DNA of 64,000 bases from an uncultured Acidimicrobiales bacterium (GTDB lineage: Bacteria; Actinomycetota; Acidimicrobiia; Acidimicrobiales; Bin134): assembly GCA_951813555.1 (NCBI GenBank), contig OX638344.1, forward strand, positions 3,657,990-3,721,989. The letters are read 5' to 3'. The first letter of the stretch is position 1, and each line of letters opens with the position of its first letter. The position numbers and the translations under genes are program-made. Shown here piece by piece: positions 19,010 through 28,529 of this stretch. The notes under the pieces are model-generated. The model was not told the DNA's origin and made no database searches. It was given only the letters and a program-made list of their open reading frames with translations.

Positions 19010-21445
19010 TCAGCCCCACAAGGCAGGGCGGGTGCCGATGACTTGGGCTTCGGCTAGGCGGGCGATCTCGTCTTCGTCGATGCCGAGCACGTCGCGCAAG
19101 ATCTCCTCATTGTGCTCGCCCAGGGTGGGAGCGGGACGACCGAGACGGTGGTATTGGCCGTTGAATCGGGCCGGGAAGCTGGGATAGGGAACCGCGCCGG
19201 CCACGACATGGTCCATCCACTGCTGGTGGCCCCGGGCCGCGAGCTGGGGATTGTCGATCGACTCCCGGCCGGTAATCACCGGCGCGGCGGGCACGCCGGC
19301 CGCCAGCAGTTCGGCTACTGCGGCGTCGCGGTTCCTTTCGGCCACCCAACCGCCGATGGCGGCATCGATCTCATCGTGATGGGCATGGCGCTCATCACGA
19401 CTGGTCCACTCCGCCCAGTCTTGGCGTCCGATCAGAGCCGCCAGAGGGGACCACTGGGCGTCGTCGTCCACCGAGACCACCACCCACTGGTCCTCACCGA
19501 CCGCGGCATAGATGCCCTGGGGAGCGGCGTAGGGCGAGCGGTTGCCCTGGCGCTGGAGGAGCTGGCCGTAGGCTGTCCACTCGATCACCTGCTCGGCGGC
19601 CGCGTTCAGCCCGGCCTCGATCAGCGGGACCTCCACCAGCAGGCCCTCGCCGGTCTGGGCCCGATGCTCTAGCGCCAAAAGAGTGGCGAACACCGCGTGC
19701 ATCCCACCGAGCTGGTCGCACATACCCCGGGGCACCAGCGGGCGGCCGTCGGGATCGCCGGTGAGGAAGGCCAGGCCGCTGGCCTGCTCGATGGTCATGG
19801 CGAAGCCAGTGCGGTCGCGCCACGGCCCGGTCAGGCCGAATGCCGGCATCCGCACCATGATGGCGTCGGGGTTGAGCCGGTGGACCTCATCCCAATCCAA
19901 ACCGAAGTTCTCCACCACCCGGGGGGAGTAGTTCTCGATGACGATGTCGGACATCTCCACCAGCCGCTTCACCTGGGTCAATCCGTCGTCGCTCGACAGA
20001 TCCAGGGTGACCGACCGCTTGCCGGTGTTAGCTCCATGGGTTACCGGGCTCCACTCCCACAGCTCGTCGCGTTGTAGCCCGCTGGCAAAGCGCATCCCGT
20101 CGGGGCGCTGGATGGACTCCACCTTGATGACGTCGGCGCCCAGAGCCGAGAACAGACACGATGCCACCGGCCCGGCCCAGAATGTGGCCAGATCGCACAC
20201 CCTGAGACCCGCCAACGGCTGCGAGGGTTCCGTTCGGGGCGGGCCTGGGCTCTGCGCCAGTGCCGAACCGGCCCATGCGCCCAAGAACTCCTCGTCAGCC
20301 TCTCCCAAAGCAGGGGCAGGCGACACCGGGCGGGGTGGGCGAGTACTGAGCTGATAGGGCACTCGGGGCTGGGTGAACCCGCCGGGGTTCTCCTCATATA
20401 CGCCTCGCTCAGCGAAGTGGTCAATCTGGGCCACGCGGCTGCCGTCGCCGATGGGGGCCACCGGCACACGCAGCAAGGTGGCCTTGTCCACGATCTCATC
20501 AACCGTGTGGGCCTGGGTATAGCGGGCGATGCGGGCCCACACGTCGTCTCGGTGGTCCATCCGACCGTCACCGCTGGCCAATGCGGGATCTTCGGCCATT
20601 TCAGGGTCGTCGATGACCACGCAGAAGTCCTTGAACTGCTGGCCGGTGATGGTGCAAAAGCCCACCCAGCCGTCCTTGGCCGGCTCCACGGAGGGAATCT
20701 CGATGGAGCGGGTGGCCCCGGTGCGGGCATCAGAGGCGTAGGCCGCGTAGAGATGGGCATACACCACGAAGCTGGTGGTCATGGCCTCATAGGCCGACAC
20801 GTCCACGTGCTCGCCAGGAGTGTTTTCCCGCTTAGCGGCCATCACGGCGGCCAGCCCCAAGGCTCCGGCGTTGGCCGCCACCAGGAACTCCCCAAGCTTG
20901 CCCCCCACGCCGAGGGGCATCTCTCCGGGAATGCCGCGGCTGTGGGTGGAGCCCACCCATGCTTGAAGGGTGAATTCGTTGGCCGGGCGCAGATCCCACG
21001 GCCCACCTCGACCCCACGGGGATATCGACAGCATCACCAGAGCGGGGTTCTGCTCAGCCAATTCAGCGTGGCCCAGGCCCATCGACTCCACAACTCCCGC
21101 ACCAAGGTCCTCCACCACCAGATCGGCGATGGCCGCCAGCTCCAGAAATCGACTCCGACCCACCGGGTCGTCCAAGTCGATCACCGCGCTGCGCTTGCCG
21201 GCATTGAGGAACTGGAAGAAGGCTCCGTCGCCGGAATCGCCGCCCGCGGGCGAGCCCGACGCCGACCACGCCCGCAACGAGTCGCCGCCGGGAGGCTCCA
21301 CTTTGACCACCTCGGCGCCGGCGTCGGCGAACAGCTTGGCGGTGTAGGCCCCGCCGATGGTGCGGGTAACCTCCAGCACCCGCACCTGGTCGAGCACCGC
21401 CCCATCGGGGGTGCCCAGCAGACCTCCCGCGGCCGTCTCGGGCAT
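19010..21445 (-). CDS. CoA-transferase family III (CaiB/BaiF), tandem two-domain protein
   Basis: Two repeats of GA[ED]V[VI]KVE...N.GKRS..[LI]DL; APTLGEHNEEIL. Confidence 0.92.
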   Translation of the reverse strand: MPETAAGGLLGTPDGAVLDQVRVLEVTRTIGGAYTAKLFADAGAEVVKVEPPGGDSLRAWSASGSPAGGDSGDGAFFQFLNAGKRSAVIDLDDPVGRSRFLELAAIADLVVEDLGAGVVESMGLGHAELAEQNPALVMLSISPWGRGGPWDLRPANEFTLQAWVGSTHSRGIPGEMPLGVGGKLGEFLVAANAGALGLAAVMAAKRENTPGEHVDVSAYEAMTTSFVVYAHLYAAYASDARTGATRSIEIPSVEPAKDGWVGFCTITGQQFKDFCVVIDDPEMAEDPALASGDGRMDHRDDVWARIARYTQAHTVDEIVDKATLLRVPVAPIGDGSRVAQIDHFAERGVYEENPGGFTQPRVPYQLSTRPPRPVSPAPALGEADEEFLGAWAGSALAQSPGPPRTEPSQPLAGLRVCDLATFWAGPVASCLFSALGADVIKVESIQRPDGMRFASGLQRDELWEWSPVTHGANTGKRSVTLDLSSDDGLTQVKRLVEMSDIVIENYSPRVVENFGLDWDEVHRLNPDAIMVRMPAFGLTGPWRDRTGFAMTIEQASGLAFLTGDPDGRPLVPRGMCDQLGGMHAVFATLLALEHRAQTGEGLLVEVPLIEAGLNAAAEQVIEWTAYGQLLQRQGNRSPYAAPQGIYAAVGEDQWVVVSVDDDAQWSPLAALIGRQDWAEWTSRDERHAHHDEIDAAIGGWVAERNRDAAVAELLAAGVPAAPVITGRESIDNPQLAARGHQQWMDHVVAGAVPYPSFPARFNGQYHRLGRPAPTLGEHNEEILRDVLGIDEDEIARLAEAQVIGTRPALWG

Positions 21446-21454
21446 GGGCGGGAG

Positions 21455-22357
21455 CTAGCCGATGACGACTGGGTTGATAGGGCTGCCGGTGGCCCCGGTC
21501 ACGTTCAGCGGGGAAACGGTCATGAAGCCCTCGTGGCACCCGTCGGCGGCCATCTCAGAGAAGTTCAAGAACTCCAGCATGTAGATGCCCGCGCCCACCA
21601 GCAGGATCTTGTGGACGGTGAGAAAGTCGTTCTCGTCGAACGGGATGACCTCGATGGCCGCGTTGTCGGAACCCACGGCCACCACGTCTTTGGCCATGAG
21701 CCACTCGGCCCCGTCGTTGTTGATGCCGGGCTGGGCGAAGGGCTGCTCCGCGGAGGGGTCGGCCTCAATCGACCACCACATGTCGAGGTAACCGGTGCGG
21801 ATCAGCACGATGTCGCCGGATCGCACCAGGGTGCCCTGGGCCTCGGCGCAGGCGGCCATATCGGCCCCGCTGATCGGCGTGCCCGCCTCCAGCCAGCCGT
21901 CGGCGCCCATGTGGGCCACCATGTCCAACAGCACGGCCCGGCCGGCTATGGCGCCCACCTTCTCGATGCCCAGCCGGGAGGCCCCGGTGTGGGTCTTCAT
22001 GGCCTCTTTGGAGAAGCCGTTGTAGTGCTGGTCTTGGCCGTACACATGGCACAGGGCGTCCATGTGGCTGGTGGTGTGGGAGGCGAACACCAGCACGTCC
22101 TCGTGGGCCCCGGTACCGGCGTGGCAGCCGTAAGCCTCGTAGATCCCCTCATCAGAGGCGTTCTGGAGGGTGAGCCGCATGGGCGTCCCCCGGTAGTCCA
22201 TGATGGGCACGCCCTGCGATTGGATCGGTATTCCCAACGGGTACACCTTGCCGGTGGTGATCAACGCGCCGGCCTCCTTCACCACGTCGGGAGTGAGCAG
22301 ATTCAGCGCCCCCCGCTCATCCTCGTCGCCCCATCTTCCCCAATTGTTCTCTGCCAT
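21455..22357 (-). CDS. Cyclase family (kynurenine formamidase-like) metal-dependent hydrolase
   Basis: NNWGRWGDEDERGALN, SHMDALCH, GDIVLIRTG, GATGSPINP. Confidence 0.9.
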   Translation of the reverse strand: MAENNWGRWGDEDERGALNLLTPDVVKEAGALITTGKVYPLGIPIQSQGVPIMDYRGTPMRLTLQNASDEGIYEAYGCHAGTGAHEDVLVFASHTTSHMDALCHVYGQDQHYNGFSKEAMKTHTGASRLGIEKVGAIAGRAVLLDMVAHMGADGWLEAGTPISGADMAACAEAQGTLVRSGDIVLIRTGYLDMWWSIEADPSAEQPFAQPGINNDGAEWLMAKDVVAVGSDNAAIEVIPFDENDFLTVHKILLVGAGIYMLEFLNFSEMAADGCHEGFMTVSPLNVTGATGSPINPVVIG

Positions 22358-22407
22358 GGCCGAGACTCTAGTGATGCCAAGGCCAGCCGGTCACCCCGAC
22401 CTGCTGG

Positions 22408-23094
22408 TCACTCCGCAGAGGATGGCGGCGGTCTCATGCCAAGGTCCCCCATACGCCGTTCCAAAAGCAGCATCAAGCCGGGGAAGCCGGGGATGCGGCG
22501 GAGGCGGCGGTCGAGGTACAGGCCCATGCCCAGGATTGTGGCTACCGATGCCCCCCAGTTGACACCCAGGCGGATGAGGACGAACTTGTTGATCGAGGCG
22601 TTCTGAAGCAACCAGATGTCGAACCCGACGCTGGCAAACACGATCAGCGCCACCGCGATGGAGACCCGGCGCGTCGCTGCTCGGTATTCCGGGTGGGACT
22701 TGGAGTCTCGGTCGATCGGCACGAGATAGGGAAGGGCGTAGCCGGTGGCGTTGCGCTTCATGGCCGCCGAGATCAGCAGGGCCAGGGCGGCCAATGCCTT
22801 GGCTCCGATGCCGATGCCGAAGTACACGTCTTCGCTGTCGTAGATGATGCCCAGCGTGCCCCGGATCAGCAGGTACACCACGATGATCGGCATCACCCGG
22901 CCCAGGGGCAAACCCCGGCGGTACCGGCTGACCTGGGCTTTGATGGCCCACAGCGTCATGGCCGCGATGGCAGGGGCCAAGCCGAACGCGCTGTTGAGCA
23001 CCAAAAACAGCACGATGGGCATGTACTGGTCGAACACATCGGCCCGGGTGGGGGCCGACGGCATCGGCGCCGGTGGGGATGTGTCGTCGGCCAT
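22408..23094 (-). CDS. Membrane protein (DUF3159/IspA-like)
   Basis: Five to six hydrophobic segments; co-oriented and tightly packed with its neighbours. Confidence 0.65.
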   Translation of the reverse strand: MADDTSPPAPMPSAPTRADVFDQYMPIVLFLVLNSAFGLAPAIAAMTLWAIKAQVSRYRRGLPLGRVMPIIVVYLLIRGTLGIIYDSEDVYFGIGIGAKALAALALLISAAMKRNATGYALPYLVPIDRDSKSHPEYRAATRRVSIAVALIVFASVGFDIWLLQNASINKFVLIRLGVNWGASVATILGMGLYLDRRLRRIPGFPGLMLLLERRMGDLGMRPPPSSAE

Positions 23095-23114
23095 GGGCAG
23101 GTTGCTCGGCGGCC

Positions 23115-23852
23115 CTACCGGGACAGGGCGAACCAGGCTCGGGCGGCGTCAGCGTCGCCGAAGGTGTCCACGCCGGGGCGGTCGAGGCCGATGCGCTCCC
23201 ACGACAGCAGCAGCAGATCGGTGCCGCTGGCCCGCACCGCGGCGTCGCCCTTGGCGTGCTCGAGGCTCATCTTGATGCGGCCGCCGTCGTTCACCAGCAG
23301 CCACTCCCCGTCGCCGTCGGTGCGGTGCAGATGGAGGCTGGCGCTGGGCAGGGCCATGCCCCAGTTGCCCACCGAGAACGGCAGCACCACCTCGAACAGC
23401 TCGCTCACGCCGTCGGCCCCCAAGTCGGAATCGATGAGACTGGGCTCGCCGAGAGCGGCCTCGGCATCCCAGCGGTGTACCGCGGTCTCATGGGCCATGC
23501 GGCGGAAGTAAAAGGCCATGGTGTTCTGGCCGGCCCAACTCCACACCGCTTCGTCGGGGTCGGCCCCATCCAGTGCCTCTTGCACAAACCGGTGTCCCTC
23601 CTCGAACCACTCCACGATGGCGTCACCCTCGGGGGGACGGGGGATCTCGTCGGCGGGGATCATCTCGGTGGCCCGCTCGGCGACATGGCGCCCCACTGAG
23701 CGGTACACCCGCCCGACATGGGCCAAAAGCTTGCGCATCGTCCAACCGGGGCACGATGGCACGGCGGCGTCTATGTCCCGCCGCCCAGCATCAGCGATGG
23801 CCTCGCCGTCGGCTCGCAGGGCTTGCTGATAGACGGCTCGGTCGATGCTCAT
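23115..23852 (-). CDS. Mycothiol-dependent maleylpyruvate isomerase (MDMPI/DinB) family protein
   Basis: VPSCPGWT..LLAHVG, RRMAHETAVHRWD, ADGVSE. Confidence 0.9.
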   Translation of the reverse strand: MSIDRAVYQQALRADGEAIADAGRRDIDAAVPSCPGWTMRKLLAHVGRVYRSVGRHVAERATEMIPADEIPRPPEGDAIVEWFEEGHRFVQEALDGADPDEAVWSWAGQNTMAFYFRRMAHETAVHRWDAEAALGEPSLIDSDLGADGVSELFEVVLPFSVGNWGMALPSASLHLHRTDGDGEWLLVNDGGRIKMSLEHAKGDAAVRASGTDLLLLSWERIGLDRPGVDTFGDADAARAWFALSR

Positions 23853-23920
23853 GGCGCGACGGTACCAATCGCAGGCCGCCGAACTGCTACTAGCTCGCCG
23901 CCGTTTGCTAGAACCGGGTA

Positions 23921-24325
23921 ATGATCGAAGCCAATTGGGACCTCGACACCCTCCGGGTGTTCCTCCACATCCTGGGCGCCGCGGTGTGGGTGGGCGGCCA
24001 GGTGATTGTTGCCGCCCTGGTGCCGGCTCTTCGCCGGATCGGTCCCGAGGCCACCCAGGCCGCGGCCCAGCAGTTCTCCCGGGTGGCATGGCCGTTCTTC
24101 TGGCTGGCGGTGTTGTCGGGCCTGTGGAATCTGCTCGAGGTCGAGTTCGAAGACGCGGCCAACAGCTATCACATCACCCTCACCATCAAGCTGGTGCTGG
24201 TGATCGCCACCGGTGTGGCCGCCTGGCTGCACACCAAGGCCGCCGACCGCCGCCGGATCGCCATGATGGGCTCGCTGTCGGGCCTGACCTCAATTGGCGC
24301 CGTGCTGGTGGGCGTGGCCCTGTAG
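23921..24325 (+). CDS. CopD-like four-TM membrane protein
   Basis: LRVFLHILGAAVWVGGQ, IKLVLV, AAWLH. Confidence 0.75.
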   Translation: MIEANWDLDTLRVFLHILGAAVWVGGQVIVAALVPALRRIGPEATQAAAQQFSRVAWPFFWLAVLSGLWNLLEVEFEDAANSYHITLTIKLVLVIATGVAAWLHTKAADRRRIAMMGSLSGLTSIGAVLVGVAL

Positions 24326-24343
24326 AGCCCTCACACTCCTGTT

Positions 24344-25531
24344 TCAGAACTCGAAGTCTCCGAAGATCTCGGGGAGGGTGAGGTCGAACCCCACCTCGAA
24401 GGCCGCCCGAGCCCCGAACAGGGAGTCCATCGCGGCACTGGCCATTTCGAAGGCGGCCCTGATCTCCACCAGAACCGCTGAACCGACCACTGCTCGGGCT
24501 TCGATCAAAGCGTCGGCGGCCACCGCTCGATTCTCAACCAACAGGGCATCGACCGCGTCGCATGCCACTTGGGCCCGACGCCGGAACTCTTTGGCCTCGA
24601 TGACCACGTCTCGGGCCGCGTCGTAGACGTCTGCCGGGGTCTCGGAGTCGCTGAACGAATAGGCCAGGGCCGATGCCGAATGGACATCGTCGGCACCGCC
24701 TCGGTCGCCGGCGGCGGCTTGGATCTCGAAGACGGTTGCGGTGGCGGCGGCCAAGTTGGTTCGAGCCTCGGCCAAGGCCCCCCACAGTTCGTCGGCGATC
24801 TCGGCGTTGTAGGCGGTGCGGGTCACCGCAAGGGTGGTCAAAGCCGAGCGGAACTCGCCAATGGACTTCGCCCGGATGTCGTCGGCCACTGCGGTCTTCA
24901 AATCGGCGGCCAGCGCGGTTTGCCCGGCGGCCAGCGACTCCTTGAGATAGGCGATTCGGGCGTTGGCCAGCAGGATCAGCGCTTCATCAACCGCTCGATA
25001 AGCAGACCGGGCCCCCGCCAGCACCGACAGGGTGTTGGCCATCTTGACGTAGCCGGCTTCGTCGGACTCCAAATCGATCTCCCGCTCCCGCTCCTCCACC
25101 AGGGCCACCAGAGCCCGGGCCAGATGGCCCGAGAACGCACTGTCGTCGTCTGTGCTCCCATCCGCGGTATCGGCATCCCCGGCCCCTGCACCGACGATGG
25201 CGCTGCTGGGCGTTTCGGACGCAGCGAAGGCCGCAGTGACCTCGGCCAGCGTGTTGCGGGCGGCATCGGCGTACGCGGCAACCGCCCCCTTGGCCCGCAA
25301 AGCCTCGGCCATGGCCATGACCGCGGCCTTGTCGGCATCGTGGGCCGAGGCCTCAGCCTCGTCGTTCCAGCCGGTGATATCGGAGAAGAACCTGGCCCGC
25401 TGGGCCGCATCTGCCGCCTCCCCTATGTGAGCACAAGAACTGCGCAGGGCCTCAACCGCTCCGGCGTAGTACCGGGAGTCGGCCACGACGCCCCCGGCGG
25501 AGCGCTCCATGCCTGCTTCCGGTTCAGCCAT
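24344..25531 (-). CDS. Ala-rich, predicted all-helical hypothetical protein
   Basis: 395-aa ORF with a plausible protein composition; no motif recognised. Confidence 0.65.
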   Translation of the reverse strand: MAEPEAGMERSAGGVVADSRYYAGAVEALRSSCAHIGEAADAAQRARFFSDITGWNDEAEASAHDADKAAVMAMAEALRAKGAVAAYADAARNTLAEVTAAFAASETPSSAIVGAGAGDADTADGSTDDDSAFSGHLARALVALVEEREREIDLESDEAGYVKMANTLSVLAGARSAYRAVDEALILLANARIAYLKESLAAGQTALAADLKTAVADDIRAKSIGEFRSALTTLAVTRTAYNAEIADELWGALAEARTNLAAATATVFEIQAAAGDRGGADDVHSASALAYSFSDSETPADVYDAARDVVIEAKEFRRRAQVACDAVDALLVENRAVAADALIEARAVVGSAVLVEIRAAFEMASAAMDSLFGARAAFEVGFDLTLPEIFGDFEF

Positions 25532-25670
25532 GGCCTACACGGTAGTTGGAATTGTCAAGAGCTTTGGGCACAGCGAGTCGATGCCTTGCTGCCAATTGGA
25601 TACGCCACCCCGGGGGAGTCGAAATAGTACGGTTTGATCCAGTCGGAACCAGGGACGTGGGAGCGGAATC

Positions 25671-26489
25671 ATGTCAGAAGCCTTGACCCCAGAGGAAATA
25701 GCCCGAAAAATCAAGCGGGCCGGAATCGGCAAGGCCAAGTTCGACTTAACCCAGACCTCCATCCTCGGCATCATGGCCGGGGCGTTCATTGCCCTGGGCG
25801 GCGTGTTCGCCCTCACCATCGCGGTCAGCCCGGAGCTGGGAACCGGCCCGGCCCGGCTGCTCATCGGGGTGGGCTTCTCTCTGGGGTTGTTCTTGGTGGT
25901 GGTCACCGGGTCAGAGCTGTTCACCGGCAACAACCTGATGGTGGCCAGCTTCTTCAGCCGCCGCATCAGCGGGCCCGAGCTCACCCGCAACTGGGCGCTG
26001 GCCTTCGTGGCCAACCTCGTGGGCTCGCTGGTGATCGTGTTCTTGCTGTATTTCAGCCGTTGGTGGGCCCAAGCCGACTACGCCTTCTCGGTGCGAACCA
26101 TCCAGATAGCCAACGACAAGGTCAACCTGTCGTTCGGCACCGCCTTCGTGCGGGGGCTGTTGGCCAACATGCTGGTGTGCTTGGCGGTGTGGATGGCGGT
26201 GGCCGGCCGCTCGCTGGTGGACAAGATGATCGGGATCATCCTGCCCATCACCGCCTTCGTGGCCGCCGGCTTCGAGCACAGCATCGCCAACATGTTCTTC
26301 TTGCCGCTGGGCTGGCTGGTGTCCACCGACGCCGACGCCTTAGCCGCCGCCGGCCTCACCACCGACCAGATCGACCGCCTCAACTTCCCCTGGGTAGCCC
26401 ACAACCTCGTAGCCGTCACCCTAGGAAACATCATCGGCGGCGCCCTAGTAGGCCTCACCAACTGGACCGTCTACCTGCGACGCCAGTAG
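25671..26489 (+). CDS. Formate/nitrite transporter (FNT) family
   Basis: MAGAFIALG, GSELFTGN, NMLVCLAVW, FVAAGFEHSIANM, GNIIGG. Confidence 0.95.
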   Translation: MSEALTPEEIARKIKRAGIGKAKFDLTQTSILGIMAGAFIALGGVFALTIAVSPELGTGPARLLIGVGFSLGLFLVVVTGSELFTGNNLMVASFFSRRISGPELTRNWALAFVANLVGSLVIVFLLYFSRWWAQADYAFSVRTIQIANDKVNLSFGTAFVRGLLANMLVCLAVWMAVAGRSLVDKMIGIILPITAFVAAGFEHSIANMFFLPLGWLVSTDADALAAAGLTTDQIDRLNFPWVAHNLVAVTLGNIIGGALVGLTNWTVYLRRQ

Positions 26490-26545
26490 GCGGGACCATC
26501 GCCGCCTCGCTACCAAACGGCAGTGAGGGTCGGGGTTGCCAACGG

Positions 26546-27196
26546 CTACCAAATGCGGCGGGCGGCTGCCCAGCGGCTGAGCTCGCTGCGGTTGGACAGC
26601 TGGAGTTTGCGCAGCACGGCTGAGGCGTGGGACTCCACCGTCTTGATCGAGATCGACAGGCGACGGGCGATCTCCTTGTAGGTGTAGCCCCGGGCCAGGT
26701 GGCGCAGCACCTCCTTCTCCCGAGGGGTGAGCCGGTCGAGGTCGTCGTCGAGCAGCGGAGCCTCCTGCACGCTGTGCATGAAGGCATTGAGCACGAAGCC
26801 TGCCAGCCGGGGCGATAACACTGCGTCGCCGTCGCGAACTCGCAGGATGGCATCCACTAGCTCATCTCCAGAGATGGTCTTGGTGACGTACCCCCGGGCG
26901 CCGGCCCGGACCACATCCACCACATCCTCGGTCGCGTCGGACACCGACAAGGCTAAGAAGTTTGTGTCGATCCCTGCCGCGCCCACTGCCTCGATGACCT
27001 CCCGGCCCGATCCCGAGGGCAAGTGGACATCCAACAGCACGACATCAGGGGACCAGCGCTCAATCTCGGCCACAGCCGAGGCCACGTCGTCGGCTTCCCC
27101 TACTACCTTCACCCGGTCGCCCAACTCAGCTCGCACGCCGCTGCGGAACAGCCGGTGATCGTCTACCACCACGACTCGGCACGGTGCAGCAACCAC
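26546..27196 (-). CDS. NarL/LuxR family response regulator
   Basis: VVDDH, LLDVHLP, GARGYVTK, LTPREKEVL..GYTYKEIA..KTVESH. Confidence 0.95.
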   Translation of the reverse strand: MVAAPCRVVVVDDHRLFRSGVRAELGDRVKVVGEADDVASAVAEIERWSPDVVLLDVHLPSGSGREVIEAVGAAGIDTNFLALSVSDATEDVVDVVRAGARGYVTKTISGDELVDAILRVRDGDAVLSPRLAGFVLNAFMHSVQEAPLLDDDLDRLTPREKEVLRHLARGYTYKEIARRLSISIKTVESHASAVLRKLQLSNRSELSRWAAARRIW

Positions 27197-27250
27197 ACCC
27201 AGAACGGTAGCGGGCAGGGAACCGCCACTCGCATCGCCGCGGGGCCGGGT

Positions 27251-28402
27251 TCAATACCGGACCAAGCGGAGATGGACCTCGGTGCCCTCACCGGGCGCGC
27301 TGCGAATCTCGCACTCGCCCCCCGCCCGGCGCATCCGCCCCATTATGGACTCCCGTATGCCCACCCGGTGGTCACCCACCGCTGCGGGGTCGAACCCGAG
27401 GCCGGTGTCGCGCACGAACGCCTCGGCCACCTCCTCCCCCACCTCCACGAACAAAGAGAACTCGTCCCGGCCTGACCACCGGGCTGCGTTGGTCATCGCC
27501 TCCCCTGTTGCAGCTACCAGCGATTCCAACGGCACGTCAAGCACCGCGTCGCCTACCGACACCACGTCGATACGCACACCGTGGAGGTCCTCTACCTCGG
27601 TGGCCGCCTGCTCAATCGCCGTGCGAAGGGTCCTCTCAGAGGGATCCGACTCCTCCGCATACAGCCAGTCCCGCAGCTCCCTTTCTTGGCGGCGGGCCAG
27701 CGCGGCCACCCGGCTCGGGTCGTCGGTCCGCTGAATGAGGGCCAGAGTCTGAAGCACCGAGTCGTGCAGGTGCGCGGCTACCTCGGCCCGCTCGTCAGCC
27801 CGGACGCGCAGCCAGCGCTCCTCCCAACGATCCCTTGCCAGTACAACTATCCAGGGACCGAGGATCAAAGCCAGCCCTCCTGCCACCAGCGCAGCGGGCA
27901 GCACCCCATCGAACACCACACCTGGGGAGACATTGGCCGCGATCAGCGTGACCACGCCGCCAGCGACCACGACTACGCCCAAGGCCACCCGTAGCGCCGA
28001 TCTCAGGGCTCCTGCCGTCCCGACCCAAGCCATCGGTCGCGCCTGCCGGGCAATGAATCCGAATCCAGTTGTGACGCATAGAAATGGCCATAGCACTTCG
28101 TCGGGAGCGGTGATTCTAAGCTGGCGGGCCAACAGCACAACCCCGACCACCATCAGGCCCAACCCGAGGGCTCGCCGATTGGCCTGCCGTGCCTGGAGTG
28201 CCTCGGGCTCTTCCTCGCTATGGCGGGCGGGCAGCAGCGCCCATGCCAGCAGGTAGAGCGGAACACTGACCCAAGCCGCGGTGAGGGCGACGAAAGCGGT
28301 CCGCACAACAACCGGCTCCATACCGAGGTTCACGGCGATGCCGCCGCATACCCCGCCTGCCATCCGATCAGTGCCCGACCGAGCCAACCGGCTCACACCC
28401 AT
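27251..28402 (-). CDS. PspC-domain sensor histidine kinase
   Basis: N-terminal DRMAGGVCGGIA (PspC); AAHLHDSVLQTLALIQ, EAMTNA, RDTGLGFD, GEGTEV. Confidence 0.92.
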   Translation of the reverse strand: MGVSRLARSGTDRMAGGVCGGIAVNLGMEPVVVRTAFVALTAAWVSVPLYLLAWALLPARHSEEEPEALQARQANRRALGLGLMVVGVVLLARQLRITAPDEVLWPFLCVTTGFGFIARQARPMAWVGTAGALRSALRVALGVVVVAGGVVTLIAANVSPGVVFDGVLPAALVAGGLALILGPWIVVLARDRWEERWLRVRADERAEVAAHLHDSVLQTLALIQRTDDPSRVAALARRQERELRDWLYAEESDPSERTLRTAIEQAATEVEDLHGVRIDVVSVGDAVLDVPLESLVAATGEAMTNAARWSGRDEFSLFVEVGEEVAEAFVRDTGLGFDPAAVGDHRVGIRESIMGRMRRAGGECEIRSAPGEGTEVHLRLVRY

Positions 28403-28529
28403 GCCCTCATTGTCGCATGGCAACCGGGTGGCGGCTCTGGGGAACAACCCTGACCCTCTCCCGCCTCTCAGGGAATTATCAGGGAAATCCCCTATGGGAA
28501 GTCAGCCTCGACAAGGCGATGATGAGGAC

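Noticed and set aside
20417-22606. 729-aa plus-strand ORF and many similar long antisense ORFs across the window
   Set aside because: Shadow frames of well-supported opposite-strand genes in high-GC DNA; no motifs.
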